A DNA stretch of 64,000 nt from Williopsis jadinii (taxonomy: Eukaryota). Of the stretch, positions 47,163 to 57,316 are shown in pieces. Where the stretch lies: NCBI GenBank assembly GCA_024346625.1, contig AP024665.1, forward strand, positions 2,108,001-2,172,000, read 5' to 3'. The translations under genes and the position numbers were made by a program. The notes below the pieces were generated by a model. The model was not told the DNA's origin and did no database searches. It saw only the letters and a list, made by a program, of their open reading frames with translations. Within the stretch, counting starts at the first letter, position 1. Every line of letters starts with the position of its first letter.

Positions 47163-49217
47163 ATGCCGCCAAAACAGAAGAAACAGAAGGAACTTGTGCA
47201 GGATGAGCGTCTACAGGCAATTGTCCTGACGGACTCTTTCGAGACCCGTTTTATGCCCTTGACGTCTGTCAAGCCTCGATGTCTACTGCCATTGGCAAAC
47301 GTGCCTCTCATTGAATACACTCTGGAGTTCTTAGCGAAGGCCAACGTCAATGAGGTGTATTTCATGTGCTGCTCACACGCAGACCAGATCCAGGAGTACA
47401 TCGAACAGTCAAAATGGAGCACGTCGGGGTCGCCATTCAAGGTGCAGACCATCATGACGCTGGAGTCCAGATCCGTTGGTGACGCGATGAGAGACCTGGA
47501 CAACAGAGGCTTAATCACCGGTGACTTCCTGCTCGTTTCCGGTGATATGGTGACAAACATACAATTTGATAAAGTTATGGAGGCTCACAAGGCAAGAAGA
47601 GCCGTGGATAAAGATCACATCGCCACCATGGTGTTGACACAGGCTAGTGCATTGCACAGAACGAGATCTCATGCTGAGCCTGCTGCCTTCATCCTCGACA
47701 AGAAGAACGATAGGTGTCTGTATTATCAGGATATCCCAGCTGCAGATGGTAAGAAGTCATCGATATCCATTGATCCTGAAATCTTGGAGGGAGTTGATGA
47801 ATTCGTCGTTAGAAACGATCTGATAGACTGTCACGCTGATATCTGCTCACCGCATGTCCCAGCAATTTTCCAAGAGAACTTTGATTACCAATACCTCAGA
47901 AAGGATTTCGTTAAGGGTATTCTATCATCTGATATTCTGAAGAAGACGATCTACGCGTACATCACAGACAGTTACGCGGCTAGAGTGGAGAGTTGGCAAA
48001 CTTACGATGCCATCTCTCAGGACATATTGGCAAGATGGGCATACCCTGTTTGCCCAGACTCCAACTTTTTGGAGAACCAGTCCTATTCATATGAAGGTAA
48101 GCACGTCTATAAGGAGAAGGACGTCATACTCGCACAGTCCTGTAAGATCGGTGCATGTACCGCAATTGGCTCCAACACGGTAATTGGTAACTTGACGACA
48201 ATTGAATCCTCTGTGATTGGAAGAAACTGTAAAATTGGTGACAACATTGTCATCAAGAACTCTTACATCTGGGATAACTCTGTCATCGGTGATAACACCG
48301 TATTGGATCATGCTATTGTTGCCAGTAACTGTACCGTTGGCAAGAACGTACTGTTGGACAAGGGTTCTGTGTTGGGATTCAACGTTACTGTCACGGATTC
48401 TCAAGTAGTCCCAAGAGACATCAGAATCTCTGGTAAATTCGTCGAGGCTGGTGAGCCGAACTTTGATGAAAGTGATTCAAATCTTGAAGAAGACCACACG
48501 GTTGCATATGAGTACGTTGGTGAAAATGGTATTGGCTACTTGTACGAATCCGAGTACTCAGACACCGACGATGAAGCTTCAAAGCCTGTGAACTCGTTGA
48601 TGTACCAGATGGGTGCATTGGCGTTGTCCGACGAATCCATTGCATCAACTTCACAGAATGCCGTGAAGCATAAGAAGAAGAGAACCTTCTCTACAAACTC
48701 AGTGGCGACCGCTACGGACCATGAAGATGAAGATTTCGAAAAGGAAGCCATCGCAACCGTGGTGCGTGCGCTGGAGAACAACCACGACCTCGACACGGCC
48801 CTTTTGGAGCTGAACACACTGAGAATGAGTATGAACGTGACGTACCATGAGGTGAGACACGCAACGCTGTTTGCTCTCCTGGGAAGAGTAACGCATTTCA
48901 TCGAGACCGGCACCTTGAACGCCAAGGAGGCCACCGACAAAGTGTTCAAGCAATGGAGCGCTCTCTTCAAGAGACAGGTGTTTGACGAAGAGGAGGAAGT
49001 TGACCTCTTGGAAATTGCAGACAAGCTGACTAGATCCAGAGAGAAGGGCAAGCAAATCTTGCTCTATGTTATCTCTATCTTCTACGACATGGAGATTGTC
49101 TCTGAAGAGTCCATCCTAAAATGGTACAACTCAAGCGACGTGGACAACGAATACGTTGCCAAGTTCGTACAATGGTTAGAAGAAGCGGAGGAGGATTCTG
49201 AAGAAGAATCTGATTAG
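47163..49217 (+). CDS. GCD6: eIF2B epsilon subunit (GEF)
   Basis: LQAIVLTDSFETRFMPLT..PRCLLPLANVP, FQENFD, hexapeptide repeats, W2 domain ending WLEEAEEDSEE. Confidence 0.96.
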   Translation: MPPKQKKQKELVQDERLQAIVLTDSFETRFMPLTSVKPRCLLPLANVPLIEYTLEFLAKANVNEVYFMCCSHADQIQEYIEQSKWSTSGSPFKVQTIMTLESRSVGDAMRDLDNRGLITGDFLLVSGDMVTNIQFDKVMEAHKARRAVDKDHIATMVLTQASALHRTRSHAEPAAFILDKKNDRCLYYQDIPAADGKKSSISIDPEILEGVDEFVVRNDLIDCHADICSPHVPAIFQENFDYQYLRKDFVKGILSSDILKKTIYAYITDSYAARVESWQTYDAISQDILARWAYPVCPDSNFLENQSYSYEGKHVYKEKDVILAQSCKIGACTAIGSNTVIGNLTTIESSVIGRNCKIGDNIVIKNSYIWDNSVIGDNTVLDHAIVASNCTVGKNVLLDKGSVLGFNVTVTDSQVVPRDIRISGKFVEAGEPNFDESDSNLEEDHTVAYEYVGENGIGYLYESEYSDTDDEASKPVNSLMYQMGALALSDESIASTSQNAVKHKKKRTFSTNSVATATDHEDEDFEKEAIATVVRALENNHDLDTALLELNTLRMSMNVTYHEVRHATLFALLGRVTHFIETGTLNAKEATDKVFKQWSALFKRQVFDEEEEVDLLEIADKLTRSREKGKQILLYVISIFYDMEIVSEESILKWYNSSDVDNEYVAKFVQWLEEAEEDSEEESD

Positions 49218-49401
49218 CTCTGTTAATGAATAACTTGTCTTCTCTGCTCAGACGGGCCTTTAGTCGTTGTAGTTCCTACCCGTGCGTCCCCGGCTCAAGG
49301 CCCAGCGGCTATACGTGAAAACCCGTAGCGGGCGCTCTTCCACCACACAGACCTTAAGCACGGTGCCTAAGCAGACACACATAGAGAGACTCAGGGCATC
49401 C

Positions 49402-50499
49402 ATGACCAAGGAGATAAACGACGAGGTTGCTGTCCAGGACAAAGCGATCAACCTGTACAAACAAGGAGAGCAGAAGGAGCTTACCGGTCTCATGAGAGAT
49501 GCGATTATCCTCTACAGGTCTGCCATCAAGGTGAGTTTGTGAAGCGGCTTCAATGGTGAGCGGGTACTAATAAGGAATGCCACGCAACAGTTGTATCCTG
49601 GTGTGGAGAAGCTCTATAGAAAGCAGCTGAGCGAACAGTATGCTAAGGAGAAGGAAGAGAGCACTGTGGATCAACTTACGCGGATGAAACTATCCTCAGA
49701 GGGTGATGCCGACGCGGAAGTGGAGGATGACAATGCGACGGTGCTAGACCCTTGTTGGTTGTTGGAGATCTTGCCCGACGATATCCTCATTGAGATCATC
49801 ACCATCTTGGCGTACATTGACCCAAGAGCGCATGTGTCGTTCTCAACTACATGCCAGAGAATCTCACGCGTATCTTTTGACCCTACAATATACAAGCACC
49901 TGTGTAAACAAATATACCCTCATCAGGTCTACTCACAGGTCACAAGAGATTTGAACAACATCTCAGACGATCAGGAGGAGATGGTGAAATCCTGGGATTT
50001 CAACTGGAAGGAGATGTTGCACGATAGACCGTTCGTGAAATATCACGGTGTTTATATCTCTAAAGTGAGTTATATATCTGAAGGAGAAAGAGAATACACT
50101 TTCTACGCTCCTGTGAAGTTGGTGACATACTTCAGATATCTGAGGTTCTATCCGGATGGTACTGCCTTCAAGCTGACAACCACCGATGAGCCAGCTATTA
50201 TCGTGCCAATATTCCACAAGGAGAATCATGAAAGCATCAAGAACAGTCTCTTGACGAAATGGCACATTGAAATGGATGGTCAAGTGATTATGACCAGGAA
50301 GACTTCAGATTTTGAATTTGTTGAGGAGCTCAAAGTAGTTCATCTGGGTGATCGTAAGTACCATAGGCTGTTATGGGTTAACTCAGGAACGATTGATAAA
50401 GATGGTGAAAGAAGCTACTTCAACATGAAGAAGGAAAAACCGTTCAATTTCAGCGGTGTAAAGCGATATGAGGTACACTACGGTAGAACTGATGCTTAA
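49402..50499 (+). CDS. HRT3: F-box protein (SCF substrate adaptor); exons 49402-49530 and 49591-50499
   Basis: Intron GTGAGT...TACTAAT...CAG; F-box LEILPDDILIEII; GVYISKVSY and VTYFRYLRFYPDG (Hrt3/FBXO9 type). Confidence 0.85.
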
Positions 50500-50513
50500 A
50501 CAGCATGGAATTA

Positions 50514-51326
50514 CTATTCTTCGGTGGTGAAGATCTGACTCGGATCGATGTGACTTTGATAACCGCATATTAATTGCCCTGGATGTACCGTTTCCGTTGG
50601 TGAGCAGTCCTCTTCAATGATGGTACTGTTGATGTTTCTTTTCCAATTCTTTCGAAATCGACTAACTTCCACAACATCAACTGATTTATTCTGTACAGCT
50701 CTGGCTACGTATAGCATCTCCTCCATCAGTTTTATCAACTGGTCTGGTAACTTTGTTGTAACCAGTGCCCTCCAGAGATGTGAAACATCAACAGGTGGAT
50801 CCATAAGGATGTGAATCATCAAATCTAATCTTTCACCTTTTAGAAGATGATCAGGCTCGACATGCCGTACTGTACGTGGCCACCAGGGAGGCTTACTCGC
50901 TTCTGCAAGTTTGTAAGGATGTGATGTTTGCTTTTTGGGCTCAATGGTCTTTATCCATGCCTTTGCAATCACTTTACACGGAACCTGCTGTAATTCTACC
51001 AAACATCTTCTCAAATGGGACCTCACATTGTCTTCATTCTTGCAGTTGAGCTGGATAGGGTTTTCGATTATGAGTCTACCCCATGGGCACCCACCATCTT
51101 CTTCTTCTGCTGTTGTACCGATGGCTCTTGAGTGAGACCTTGTATACAATTCGAAGAATGTATTCCTTAGAACAGTCAAATTGGCCTGAGAAATTGTCTC
51201 TGATGAGTATGCCTTGATCACTCCATCTGGGAAATTTAGAACAATGGTGTATTTGACATTTTGCTCGTTAAACTTGCTACATAAGTTGTTGAACTCTTCA
51301 AGGAGCTCTTCAATAGTGCCAGTCAT
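50514..51326 (-). CDS. DUF2841 protein, YDR124W-like
   Basis: LQQVPCKVIAKAWIKTIEPKKQTSHPY...PPWWP..VRH.EPDHL.K.ER motif. Confidence 0.8.
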   Translation of the reverse strand: MTGTIEELLEEFNNLCSKFNEQNVKYTIVLNFPDGVIKAYSSETISQANLTVLRNTFFELYTRSHSRAIGTTAEEEDGGCPWGRLIIENPIQLNCKNEDNVRSHLRRCLVELQQVPCKVIAKAWIKTIEPKKQTSHPYKLAEASKPPWWPRTVRHVEPDHLLKGERLDLMIHILMDPPVDVSHLWRALVTTKLPDQLIKLMEEMLYVARAVQNKSVDVVEVSRFRKNWKRNINSTIIEEDCSPTETVHPGQLICGYQSHIDPSQIFTTEE

Positions 51327-52412
51327 AACGTTGACGCTCGTACAATTGGTCTAACTAAAAGAGACATGTCAGAAATGTAGACATCCTCTTTGTTATATAT
51401 AGAAGCATTCTTTATTTTACCTGTTATATATAGTTGCTCTGTATGCGCTAGAACGCTGTTTGATGTTTGTAACATCTTTCTGCAAGTTTGAACACCGGAA
51501 GCACAGCTTACAAATGTAGCCAACTGGCTATCACCGACAGTAAAAGCATAGGTCTTGACACTATTCATTGTTTCCATGTCTCAATGCTCGAGTTACTTTC
51601 TCGGTTGTAGCTTTCATGTTTCAAGTAACATTGATGTTGGGGTGCCTCCGATTGGTATATAACGCTTCCATTATCCTGCAGTCCTTTGGAATAGTTGGTA
51701 GTATGTCACTACTATAAGAGCTCTGGAGATCTGTACACAAGAGATCTCTGTGAAAGAGGCATGGTTGAAGAGGCACACAGTAAGCAAAGTGCCCAACTCT
51801 ATGGAATGGCAACGAAGACTACTTGTTCATCTGTTTAGCAAATCAGAGTTTTTTTATCATTGAAACGATCCTGCTCCTCATACCTCACAAGCTCAATACC
51901 ACAATATTCCATACAAGCCCAGATACAGATTACTTTTGAAGCAGTAAGCAATATACTTCAGTTATTTACTGAACTCTGACATTCCCGTTACGCAGCAGTT
52001 GCTGATGGAGCGGAAATGATATAGCGTTATGACTTACTGATAATCAGTCACTTATTGAAAGTAAAAAGACAATATTGGTTAACGAAGGACACTACTGCCA
52101 TAATTGAGGCCTCGAAATGGAAATTTTACCCAAAAGAGACGAATAATGCCCTAAGAAGCTGTGATTGGTGTCGCACATCGCCATTGTCTGAGTCCTAAAC
52201 CGGAAATATTACTTGCATCAACACCAACATTGAATCCCCATTACCGCAAACTTGGGAATGGATTATATCACATCGTTAGATTATATGTGTATCACAAGAG
52301 CCGACGTAGTGTGAACCTCAAAACACTTGTGGTCTATAAAAGGAGATCTACTTCCCAACTTCAAGGACTGTTTTTGATGGCTTTAATCAGCATCACACTA
52401 CAACCAACTACA

Positions 52413-52511
52413 ATGCAACCAACTAACTCTGCTACTCCAAAGGAAAACACCGAAAACTCTGACAACCTCATCATCTGGGGTGGTGGTTGGATCACCTGCA
52501 CCATTGCTTAA
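52413..52511 (+). CDS. MFA: a-factor-type lipopeptide pheromone precursor, copy 1 (32 aa)
   Basis: MQPTNSATPKENTENSDNLIIWGGGWITCTIA*: MQP start, charged spacer, Asn before a hydrophobic mature peptide, CAAX; TATAAA at 52335. Confidence 0.9.
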   Translation: MQPTNSATPKENTENSDNLIIWGGGWITCTIA

Positions 52512-53383
52512 GCACATGGTTATAAGAATCTGAGCCATTTGGACGATCTACTATCTACATTCTGAATGATATAGATCATTAGTTCTTCTACGTTTTTGTT
52601 GTCTTCTGCTGCTAACAATGCCTGTGGTTGAGATTGTTTAATCTCATCTTGCTGAATACGTTATGTTACTTATTTTTTTAAATCACACTTTTGATGGCTC
52701 TTTAAATAATGGAATATTGTAGATTATAGGAAAATAAATTTATATGAGAATAAGTTCATATGAGAATAAAGTGCGACAATTTTACGAAAATTACTCATCC
52801 AGCACATTGTCTACTTTATACCGAAACGAAATGGTATATTTATGATCTACAATTTTGGATCCAGAGTACATGTCCTATGTATATTAAACATATAAGAAAG
52901 TTGATGAAATAGTTGTTCCTCCTCTGTGAATTTAATTACTACACTGGTAGCATCATCAACAAAGACCTTGCTATCATACAAGCACTGTGCGTGTTTTGAG
53001 GTGTGCATCACACTGCAAAGTAGCACAACTGTAGTACGTAAACGCTCCACATATGGTATGGTTTCACAGTATGTGGATGATGACACTGTGTGTGATATGA
53101 ATCTGTAACCTTGGCAACTATTGGCAGAGCAGACCATCTCCAAAATTCCCCAGAAGTCCCCATTGTTCTCGCCGAAACGAGTAACTGTGGGTTGGATCAA
53201 CTCTCCATTCGAAACCATTGAAATTACCCAATGTAGTGTGTGACCTTGATTCAACATCAAACAACCTCAATCAAAAGCAACAACTATGTCGAGCCTCAAA
53301 TGGTCCAAGCATATATAAGAGCAGCATTGGGAATTGTGTAATCCAATATAGACCTTATCATCAACATCACAATACAAACAACA

Positions 53384-53482
53384 ATGCAACCAACAAACTC
53401 TGCTACTCCAAAGGAAAACACCGAGAACTCTGACAACCTCATCATCTGGGGTGGTGGTTGGATCACCTGCACCATTGCTTAA
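53384..53482 (+). CDS. MFA: a-factor-type lipopeptide pheromone precursor, copy 2 (identical peptide)
   Basis: Same 32-aa peptide with two synonymous differences; TATATAA at 53312; below the ORF-track size cutoff. Confidence 0.9.
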   Translation: MQPTNSATPKENTENSDNLIIWGGGWITCTIA

Positions 53483-53706
53483 GCATCTGACACAACATTT
53501 CTTGTGTATTACGCTTGCTTTGAAACACTTTCTTCTTGGTTATTTTGTTTTCTCCTTCAGTTGGTGGTTTGATGAATTCAAAAGGACTGCCAATAGCCAA
53601 TTTAATCAAATTTTTTCTTTTTATCCCTTTTATTAGATTCAATGTAGTTGACGACGAAGTACATATTTTGAGTAGCCTCTTTCCACATGTTAAACACATG
53701 GTACCA

Positions 53707-55914
53707 TTAGTGTAAGATCTTTTCCAAAGAAAGACCATTTCCAGACCCGTTCGTATTCTGACTATTTGGCTGTTGTTGAGATGGCGGTGGACCGTTTACA
53801 GCCGATGGTTGCTGCTGCGGTGGATTTGCTGGCCCTTTAGTTTCTGATGGTTGGTGATTTTCACCATGGTTTATTGGAGGCAATAGAACCTGAGACTGAG
53901 GTGCACCATGTTGTAATTGAATTGGAGAGAAGTGAGATGGAGGTTGGTGGAAATGTTGTTGCTGAATTTGCTGTGGCTGCTGTTGCTCAGGTGGTTGAAA
54001 TTGAGGTTGTTGTTGTTGTTGCTGTTGTACACGAGCCGGTGATCCCTGAATAGGTCCTTGAGGTTGGGATGGGAAGAATTGAGATGGCGATTGATGGTTT
54101 GGTAAGCCTTGCAGAGAATCAGTAGAAGAATGATGGTATTGAGGAGGACTCGTTTGGAAGGTCCCCATAGTCGGGCCATTGTGTAGAATTGATGGTGGTT
54201 GGTTCACAACGGGAGTGGGAACTTCGCTTTTTTGTGTAGAAAAAGCAACCTGTGAGAGTAACTCTACAGAATCTTCCCTTTGAGGTGTCACACTTCTGGA
54301 TCCATAATCAGCTGGCGTAGTTGAAGCTCTAGATCTCTCTTGGGATCTTCTTTCACGCTCACGTTCTAACTCTTCTTTTCTCTTTTTCTCCTCCTCTTCT
54401 AATCTAAGTCTTTCCTCTATAAGTTTCTGTTTCTGGAGCTCTCTTTGTCTGGCCTTTTCTGCAGCTTCTTTCTCCTTCTGAAGCTTCTCCTCCTCTAATT
54501 TCTTTGCAACTTGTAATTCAATCTCTTCACGACACCACAAGCAGATGAATACCTCATCAGAATTTTTAACCAAATCCTGTCTCACTGCACGATCTTGACA
54601 TTTGAGATGTTGCCATCTGTTGCATCTCTCACATTTGATCAGCTTGACACCATCATCGTAGTTCTTTTGTCTAGTACCACAATAGCAATCGAATAACCAG
54701 TCACCTTCTTCCAATTCTATTTCTTCATTCGATGATGGTTTATATTCTTCCAGCAATGCGGCTCTTCTACTTGTTGTTTGTCTTCTCAAACGTTCCTCTG
54801 CTTCGTGTTCCAAGAGTTTAACCTTCTGTTTATACCTTTTCAACAGTTTGGCTTTTGCCAATGCTTCCTGTTGACGAGCTTCCTCTTCTTGTTTCTTTTG
54901 CTTCTCGATCAACATCTGTTCCTCCTTTTCTTGCAATCTTGACGAGCGTTTTCTATGGCTAACGAGTTCATTCAATTGTTGTTCTCTCTTCCTCTTCAGG
55001 ATCTTTTTTCTGTTATTTAAATCCTCATTTGCTAGATCATCGATGTGATCTTTGATGTTCTTGAACAACGGTTTCAAATGAGAATTGTTCTTTATGGATT
55101 CCAAAAAGTCATGCAATTGATAGATTCCAATAGCAACACATTCCCATTCGAATTTTGGTTCAATGTCTTCAAAATCAACTTCTGGGTTCAGCATCTTGGC
55201 ATACTTATACTTCTTCGGTATCTTGATCTCTGGGATCGACACCAAAGTGCGCTTATAAACCCTATTGTCACTCAAGAGGAAATAGCTCGTTTCACCATCG
55301 TCGAAGATCGGGTCGAATCTGAGTTCAATTGCACGATCATACTTGTCAACTTGTTTTCTAAATGCATCGTTATACTCAATGATCGATATGAGCTGGTAAA
55401 TCACCTCAAATCTGTCCACAAGAGACAGGGTGTTGTACTCAACCGGTTCATCCTCTGTACCCAGTAACAGCGTCAAGTCACCCAACAGGAATCTAGCCCT
55501 AAAGCTGAAGTCGTCCATGGTGACTTTAGTACCCAATAGCAGGGCAGCCATATTTGTAACCATCTTAGTGGTCACTGAAGGTTCAGTCAAGCCCACCAAT
55601 TCTTCCTCGACGATCTATTCAAAGTTAGTACTTATTTCACTGATCACGATGGGAAAAGCACTCACGTCGATTGTGAAGGGATCATTAGCCATTTTGATCG
55701 CACCACGGAAGAAAGTGATCCACTGAATGCAGTAGGCATAACGCCAGTCGTTACGGAGCTCCTTCAACTGTGCTTGATATGTTTCCTGCTCCAAGGCCAA
55801 ATGCGTTGGAGTCTTCAACAACTGCGACTTGATCTCCTCACTCACAAACCTCAGCTTGTGAGCTGGGTGGTTCTCAGCAGCAGGCGTTGAGGTTCTCGAT
55901 CTCGATTTCGCCAT
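53707..55914 (-). CDS. IOC2: Isw1b-complex-like subunit with PHD finger; exons 55914-55666 and 55614-53707
   Basis: 51-nt intron GTGAGT...TACTAAC...TAG joins two ORFs; PHD DCYCG...CERCNRWQH..C...FICLWC; divergent from KIN1/2 as in YLR095C/YLR096W. Confidence 0.7.
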
Positions 55915-56157
55915 TCTCCGTCTTGTCTTCTCCAGCTGCTCAACCCTTATTTATGACTCAGAGCAGATGATCCTGAGCCGCTGTGTTGTTGTTGTAGCTC
56001 TTTTCGTTGTTGATGTTTTTGCTTCGAACTTTGCAAAGGAGAACTTTGCGGACGAAAACACAGCGCAAAAAGTAGACCAGAAGCGCCAAAGAAGAAACAA
56101 AACCGACATTTTAGCGAAAACGCGCTCCAAGAAAACACAAAAAGGGCAGCGGCGGTG

Positions 56158-56178
56158 GCGCGTGCGCGCGCGCGCGCT
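56158..56178. repeat. Alternating (CG)n tract in the IOC2/KIN divergent promoter
   Basis: gcgcgtgcgcgcgcgcgcgc seen directly. Confidence 0.8.
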
Positions 56179-56774
56179 CGCTCTCGCACGGGGGAAAAAT
56201 TTTGTTTGCTTAATAAGTGCTTACATAATCAGGGGTAGCTGTGGGAGTGCCCCTACCAAGTGGTTTATCGGATAGAACGACACCACGATTTTTGCCCACA
56301 GGCTGTGTGGGAGAGGGAAAGCGAGGAGCCTGGCTGTAGCGACAGTTGCGCCATCCCTTTATTCCCATTGGAAAAGAAGAACAACAAGAGCAGCTAAGAA
56401 CAGATCAATTGGACTGTTCTCTATTCTGTTTCTTTTTTCTTGCTTGCGCTGACGCATATCCCCATTTTCACTGCTAATTGGAAACACATAGGCTTATCCA
56501 ATTGCTAAAATTAGTGACAATTGATTCATTCTGCTGGTCGATTGACGCTGTCCCTTTTTTGCTTTTCCACTGCCTGGTGTTTTTGGGCCTGTTTGCCGCT
56601 TGCTTTGAATTCTCACCGCCCACTGAGATTTAGAAAACACACACAAAAACGATCCTTTGAACGGGAGCGTTGGACAGAAAGAAAACAAACAAACACACAA
56701 AAGCGTCCTTTGGCGTCTCCTTTCCCCTTTGTTGAGTGTAATTGGCTGGATATTAAGGTACTCAGAACTACAAA

Positions 56775-57284
56775 ATGGAGGGAAACTTTGGCGTAGATCC
56801 GCAAGACCAGGTGTTTCAACAGTCCGGTGTGCTGCCAAAGGTTCGTTCCGCCACGAACAGATCCTCGTCTTCTGTTTCAAAGAGAAGCCAGCAGACAATG
56901 GCGGTTCCCGCTACACCAAGGATGTTGAGGAACACTAGCGCGGCAAGCGCTCAACAGCAGCCGCAAGTACAACAACAGGGCTCTTTATCGAGCCATGCGA
57001 TGGGTCAGCACGAAGAGGTTGCTCAGCAGCAACAGGGCCATCTCAGGTCGAACTCTGAGGTTGACAGCGTCAAGGCTCAACAGCAGCAGCAGTACACGGG
57101 AGCACCGAACGTTCCTTCTCCATTGGCAACAAATGGGCACCAGAAGAGTGCGTTCCGTTCGCCTACGAGGTTACAACCCATAGATACAATGTCGCATCAT
57201 AGACAGAACTCACAGTCTGCAACGACCCCAACTAGGCTGTTGCCGCCAGCGAGTGTTGAACAACAACAGCAGCAACAACAACAA

Positions 57285-57316
<32 letters not shown>

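Noticed and set aside
52847..53260. 137-aa minus-strand ORF between the pheromone copies
   Set aside because: No domain, and it overlaps the promoter elements of copy 2; likely spurious.
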